Part shown: one piece after another, positions 50,951 to 56,890 of the stretch
Layout of the letters: each line of letters opens with the position of its first letter
Numbering within the stretch: the first letter of the stretch is position 1
Source: Octopus sinensis
Taxonomy: Eukaryota
DNA: 56,890 nt
Direction: 5' to 3'
Assembly (NCBI RefSeq): GCF_006345805.1
Contig: NW_021833723.1
Location: 1 to 56,890, forward strand
Position numbers and translations under genes: made by a program
Notes under the pieces: generated by a model
The model's database searches: none
Told to the model about the DNA's origin: nothing
What the model saw: the letters and a program-made list of their open reading frames with translations, nothing else

Positions 50951-52583
50951 AAGGGAGAGGGTTCGATCAAAAGGGATCGTAAAAGGAGAGAAAGAGGACA
51001 AAAAAAGGGGGGTTAAAAAAAAAAAAAAAAAAGGGGGGGGGGGAAAAAAAATGATCAATAGGGATCGTTATCACAGAAATGTCAATATGAAGTGTAAAGG
51101 GGAGGACAGGTGAGGTTTACCCGTGGAAAGAAAAGCCTGCGGAAAAGACCACGGTAACCTCGGTCAATGAAGTCACATTTTATATTTCTTTTTTTTTTTT
51201 TTTTTTTTTTTTTTTTGCAAATAAGCAACTCTCTGTTTTCGATTTCTGGGTTCATAGGACTATGCTCAAGGTGGCTTCGTCATTCATACGTGCCATTCTT
51301 GCTACATTCCCCATCTTTTTTTAAAACATTCGCTAGACAAAACTTGCCTCTCTACTCTCACTTCCTTTTTCAAGTGGTACTTGAAGAGTTGATGAGAGAT
51401 TGACCAGAGAGGAAAGTGTTTGTCTCCAATCCTTCAGACGCGTCCACCAGATACATTCTTTCGCCATAGCCACAAGGATGATGAAAATAGCTCTTCCTTC
51501 CCGTTTGAAGGAAGGAGGCGTGACAATATTGACGATAGACTCAGCTGATAAACCGACTCGTCCCACACGTGACAGCAGTTGTTCGACATAAGCCCACAGG
51601 TCGGAAATTGTTGGACACTGAACGAGTGCGTGCAGAACGGTTTCGTCGCTCTGACCGCATCTCGGGCAGGTCGCCCCGTGTTTCTCGAGCCGTGTCTGTA
51701 GAGCTTATCCCGAACGGTAGCGCTTCTCGGTAGCACTGCCAGGCCAGGGATCTCTGGAAGTTGTCCATGGGCCCTGGCCCGAAAGTCGTCCCGAACAGGC
51801 GGGTCAGGTACTCCTCGTCGACGTCCAGGTTCGCCCCGAGCTCGTCGTCGTACCTCCCCTCCACTAAACCCCAAGAATGCTTTGGTTGTGTTGAAGTCAC
51901 TTAAGGTCGACCCAGGACGGCAGAGTTGCTTGAGAGCAACGCGAACCTCGCGTGCCATTCGCCCTTCCTCGGCCTCTTTTTGATCCACGACTGCAGTTCG
52001 GTCATGGAGACGAGCTGCGGGAAAGCGTGCCTCACAAACGGTGACCACACCTGTTCACCGTCGTCTACATAGAGCCAGAGATGTCGCAGTCTCAGCGCGT
52101 GTCTGCGCATCATCACCCACGGCATGCCCAGCCCTCCTTTTACGGTGTTGACAGCAAATGGATCGCCTGACCATCGGACGCATCCTTTCCACAAGAAGCG
52201 AAAGAGGATGCGTTGTAGTTTGGTGATGGTAGGGTCGGGACAAGGTACGACGGTCAGCGCGTAGTAGATGACGGACGCGATGTACGTGTTCGCCACCATC
52301 CGCTCGACCTTTTAGGGACAGTTTCCTCTCGGCCCATTGCCGGGCGAGAGTGACCACCCTACTCGTTATCTCGTTCCAGTTCTTCTCCACTTGGAGGTCC
52401 GGACCAAACCAGACCCCGAGCAACTCAAACTCAACCGGCCGTCGGTCCAGCGTCCCACGACGGAGGCGCTGGTGGACGGCATGGGCTTGCTTCTCCAGGT
52501 GCCTAGTCGCAAGCCCACTGACTTTTCCCGGTTGATTTTCGCTCCTGTCACCGCTTCGTAGTTTTTCAGTGTCCTCGCCGACC

Positions 52584-52584
<1 letters not shown>
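50841..52584 (-). mobile_element. Tx1/L1-clade LINE copy 2, 5'-truncated after YADD
   Basis: Near-identical to copy 1, mostly indel differences; same 3' end, different 5' end. Confidence 0.95.
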
Positions 52585-52636
<52 letters not shown>

Positions 52637-52848
52637 GTACACATGAACATGCACATACATACATACACATATGTTTGTATGCATTTCCATATGTGTATAT
52701 ATGATGTGTGTTTGTGTTTATGCGTAAGTTTGTGTATGTAAGTATCAATAAAGTATAGGTATATATATATATATGTATGTGTGTATGTGTGTGTGTGTGC
52801 GTGTGTGTGTGTATGTTTACATACGTGAATGTGTATGCGTATGTGTGT

Positions 52849-55838
52849 ATCATTGTTCAGTTTTATTTCAAGATTTCTTGCCAATAGAGAAAAGAGCCGT
52901 TTTCTAACCTAGATCCAGGGTTTTTTCATTGGAATTTCAACATCATCAATAACAGAGTGTATATGTATGTATGTATGCATGTATGTATGTATGCATGTAT
53001 GTATGTATGTATGTATGTATGTATCTATGTATGTATGTATGTATGTATGCATGTATGTATGTATGTATGTATGCATGTATGTATGTATGTATGTATGTAT
53101 GTATGTATGTACGTATGTACGTATGTATGTATTATGTATGATATGTACGTATGTATGTATGTATGTATGTATGTATGTATGTATGTATGTATGTATGTAT
53201 GTATGTATTGTATGTATGTATGTATGTATGTATGTATGTATGTATGTTGTATATGTCTGTATGTATGTATGTATGTATGTATGTATGTATGTAGCTGTAT
53301 GTATGTATGTATGTATGTATGTATGTATGTACGTATGTATGTATGTATGTATGTACGTATGTATGTATGTATGTATGTATGTATGTATTATGTACGTATG
53401 TATGTATGTATGTATGTGGTATGTATGTATGTATGTATGTACGTATGTATGTATGTATGTATGTACGTATGTATTATATGTATGTATGTATGTATGTACG
53501 TATGTTGTATGTATGTATGTACGTATGTATGTATGTATGTATGTACGTATGTAGTATGTATGTATGTATGTATGTATGTACCGTATGTATGTATGTATGT
53601 ACGTATGTATGTATGTATGTATGTACGTATGTATGTATGTATGTATGTATGTATGTATGTACGTATGTATGTATGTATGTATGTATGTACGTATGTATGT
53701 ATGTATGTACGTATGTATGTTGTTGTTGTATGTATGTATGTATGTATGTATGTATGTATGTACGTATGTATGTATGTATGTACGTATGTATGTATGTATG
53801 TATGTATGTATGTACGTATGTATGTTGTATGTATGTATGTATGTATGTATGTATGTACGTATGTATGTATGTATGTATGTATGTATGTATGTATGTATGT
53901 ATGTATGTACGTATGTATGTATGTATGTATGTATGTATGTACGTACGTATGTATGTATGTATGTATGTATGTATGTATGTATGTATGTATGTATGTACGT
54001 ACGTATGTATGTATGTATGTATGTATGTATGTATGTATGTACGTATGTATGTATGTATGTACGTATGTATGTATGTATGTATGTATGTATGTATGTACGT
54101 ACGTATGTATGTATGTATGTATGTATGTATGTATGTATGTATGTACGTATGTATGTATGATGTATGTATGTATGTATGTACGTATGTATGTATGTATGTA
54201 TGTATGTACGTATGTATGTATGTATGTATGTACGTATGTATGTATGTATGTATGTATGTATGTATGTATGTACGTACGTATGTATGTATGTATGTATGTA
54301 TGTATGTATGTATGTATGTATGTATGTATGTACGTATGTATGTATGTATGTACGTATGTATGTATGTTGTATGTATGTTTGGGTAGTATGTATGTATGTA
54401 CGTATGTATGTATGTATGTTAGTATGGTATTGTATGTACGTAGTATGTATGTATGTATGTATGTATTAGTATGTATGTATGTACGTATGTATGTATGTAT
54501 GTATGTTGTATGTATGTACGTATGTATGTATGTATTATGTATGTATGCATGTATGTATGTATGTATGCATGTATGTTTATGTATGTATTGTATGTATGTA
54601 TGTATGTACGTATTACGTATGTATGTATGTATGTATGTATGTATGTACGTATGTACGTATGTATGATGTATGTATGTATGTATGTAGTATGATAGCATGT
54701 ATGTATGTATGTATGTATGTATGTATGTACGTATGTACGTATGTATGTATGTATGTATGTATGTATGCATGTATGTATTTATGTATGTATGTACGTATGT
54801 ACGTATGTATGTATGTATGTATGTATGTACGTATGTATGTATGTATGTATGTATGTATGTTATGTATGTATGTATTGTATGTATGTATGTATGTAGTATG
54901 TACGTATACGTTGTATGTATTTCTGTATGTATGTACGTATGCATGTATGTATGTATGTATGTATGTATGTATGTATGTACGTATGCATGTACGTATGTAT
55001 GTACGTATGTATGTATGTCTGTATGTATGCATATGTATGTATGTACGTATGTATTTGTGATGATGTATGTATGTATGTACGTATGTATGTATGTAATGTT
55101 GTATGTATATGTATGATATGTATGTACGTATGCATGTATGTATGTATGTATGTATGCATGTATGTATGTATGTATGCATGTATGTATGTATGTATGTGTA
55201 TGTTTGTACGTATGTACGTATGTATGTATGTATGTATGTATGTATGTATGTATGTATGCATGTATGCATGTATGTATGTATGCATGTATGTATGTATGTA
55301 TGTATGAATGTATGTATGCATGTATGTATGTATGCATGCATGTATGTATGTATGTATGAATGTATGTATTCGTGCAGATTTATATGTTTTGCTTTATGTA
55401 TGCATTCTTATGCAAATAGTTGCATATCTAGACATTTTCATATAAACTTAAATAATAAACTTCTAAGATTTACAGATTTTTACAGTTCCAGCGAAGGCTT
55501 AGATCTGAAATCTTCGAATCAGCTTTTTCCTTTCTGGTTTTGAGAAGCCTCATTTTTTATGATTTTTATTTAGGCAATGATTTACATAGCCCAAGGTCCC
55601 AATAATTACAGGTCTAAACCTGAAATTGTAATCTGGATAAAGTAATTGCAGATTTCTTAATAGTTTAGCGTAGCTATTCTCTTTTCCACTGATCTTCAGC
55701 TTTATGTTAACATCCGCTGAACACCTGATTTCCACAACTGTACACAGTTTCTCTTCTCTATTCCAAATCATAATATCAGGTATTTTGTCTTTACATTTAA
55801 TTGAGGTTTTCTCTGGGATGTTCCACCAGTACTCTTTT

Positions 55839-55839
<1 letters not shown>
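52849..55839 (-). mobile_element. R4/Dong-like family 1 copy containing a ~2.4-kb internal (ATGT)n expansion
   Basis: REL ORF piece MIWNREEKLCTVVEI..PVIIGTLG at 55550-55771; the 3' UTR continues on both sides of the array (55369-55450 and 52849-52960). Confidence 0.9.
52961..55368. repeat. ~2.4-kb (ATGT)n array with ACGT/GCAT variants
   Basis: Direct reading. Confidence 0.95.
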
Positions 55840-55870
<31 letters not shown>

Positions 55871-56305
55871 GCGGCAGCGGCTGCAGCGGCTGTAGTGGTG
55901 GCAGCGGCGCCAGCGGCGGCAGCGGCAGCAGCGGCGCTAGCGGCGCGAGCGGCGGTATCGCGGCAGCGGCGATAGCGGCGGCAGCGGCGGCAGCGGCGGC
56001 AGCGGCGGCAGCGGGGGCGCAGCGGCGGCAGCGGCGGCAGCAGCATGTCGGCAGCGGCGGCATCGGCGGCAGCGGCGTTATCGGCGGCGGAAGCGGCGTC
56101 AGCGGCGGAAGCGGCGTCAGCGGCGGCAGCGGCGTAAGCCTCGGCAGCGGCGGCAGCGGCGGAAGCGGCGTCAGCGGCGGCAGCGGCGGAAGCGGCGGAA
56201 GCGGCGGCAGCGGCGCCAGCGGAGCCAGCGGCGTCAGCGCGTCAGCGTCCGTCAGCGGCGCAGCGGCGGGCGCGGCGTCAGGGACGCCAGCGGCGCCAGC
56301 GGCGC

Positions 56306-56373
<68 letters not shown>

Positions 56374-56890
56374 GCGCAGCGGCTGCAGCGGCTGTAGTGG
56401 CGGCAGCGGCGCCAGCGGCGCCAGCGGCGCCAGCGCGGCAGCGGCGGCAGCGGCAGCAGCGCGCTAGCGGCGCGAGCGGCGGTAGCGGCGGCAGCGGCGA
56501 TAGCGGCGGCAGCGGCGACAGCGGTCGGCAGCGGCGACAGCGGCGGCAGCGGCGACAGCGGCGGCAGCGGGGGCGGCAGTGGCGGCAGCGGCGGCAGCGG
56601 CAGCAACCGCGGGGGCGGCGGGGGGGGCAGCGTCGCAGCGGCGGCAGCGGCGGTAGCGGCGGCAGCGGCGGCAGCGGCGGCAGCGGCTGCAGCGGCGGCA
56701 GCGGCAGCGGCAGCGCGGCGGCAGGGGCGGTAGCGGCGGCAGCGGCGGTAGCGCGGCTGCGGCTGCAGCGGCGGGCAGCGGCGGCAGGGGCGGCAGCGGC
56801 GGTGCGGCGGCAGCGGCGGCAGCGGCGGCAGCGGCGGCAGCGGCGACAGCGGCGGCAGCGGCGGTAGCGGCGGCAGCGGCGGTAGCGGCG
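55840..56890. repeat. GC-rich 9-bp minisatellite (AGCGGCGGC and variants), running off the window end
   Basis: Monomers AGC GGC NNN; a variant series beginning near 55840 recurs near 56310-56520. Confidence 0.9.

Noticed and set aside
48272-52584. The two Tx1 copies as a simple assembly duplication
   Set aside because: They have different 5' truncation points and different flanking array compositions; read support should still be checked.
52957-55341. Long MYVC/HTYI ORFs
   Set aside because: Translations of (ATGT)n.
56290-56380. Antifreeze-glycoprotein-like (Ala-Ala-Thr)n
   Set aside because: Only a short run in one phase of the 9-bp repeat; that phase has a stop and there is no signal peptide.
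55840-56890. Array as a transition-swapped image of (ATAATAATG)n, i.e. a systematic decoding artefact
   Set aside because: Any triplet array maps to another under base permutation; no independent evidence.

Overview
AT-rich, repeat-saturated eukaryotic DNA. The tRNA-derived SINE families, microsatellite load and LINE content most resemble an octopod cephalopod (Octopus-like) genome; this is an inference from memory, not a search. I found no host protein-coding exon that I can support, and the long ORFs in the track are microsatellite read-throughs or decayed transposons. Main contents: (1) over 25 copies or fragments of at least four SINE families; (2) remnants of RTE, R4/Dong-like (two families), Tx1/L1, Penelope, Gypsy, Merlin and mariner elements; (3) three hammerhead-ribozyme motifs in small Penelope/retrozyme-like units beside (TA)n or (TACA)n tracts, with associated fold-back elements; (4) two young Tx1-clade insertions with different 5' truncations in one (GATA)n array, suggesting a GATA-targeting family; (5) a ~2.4 kb (ATGT)n expansion inside the 3' UTR of an R4-like element; (6) microsatellite-centred inversions and a tandem duplication; (7) a nested multi-stem inverted repeat at 8.2-8.4 kb; (8) a terminal GC-rich 9-bp array open in a (Ser-Gly-X)n frame. 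Most coordinates were counted by eye. Homopolymer-type indels suggest long-read consensus noise in places.
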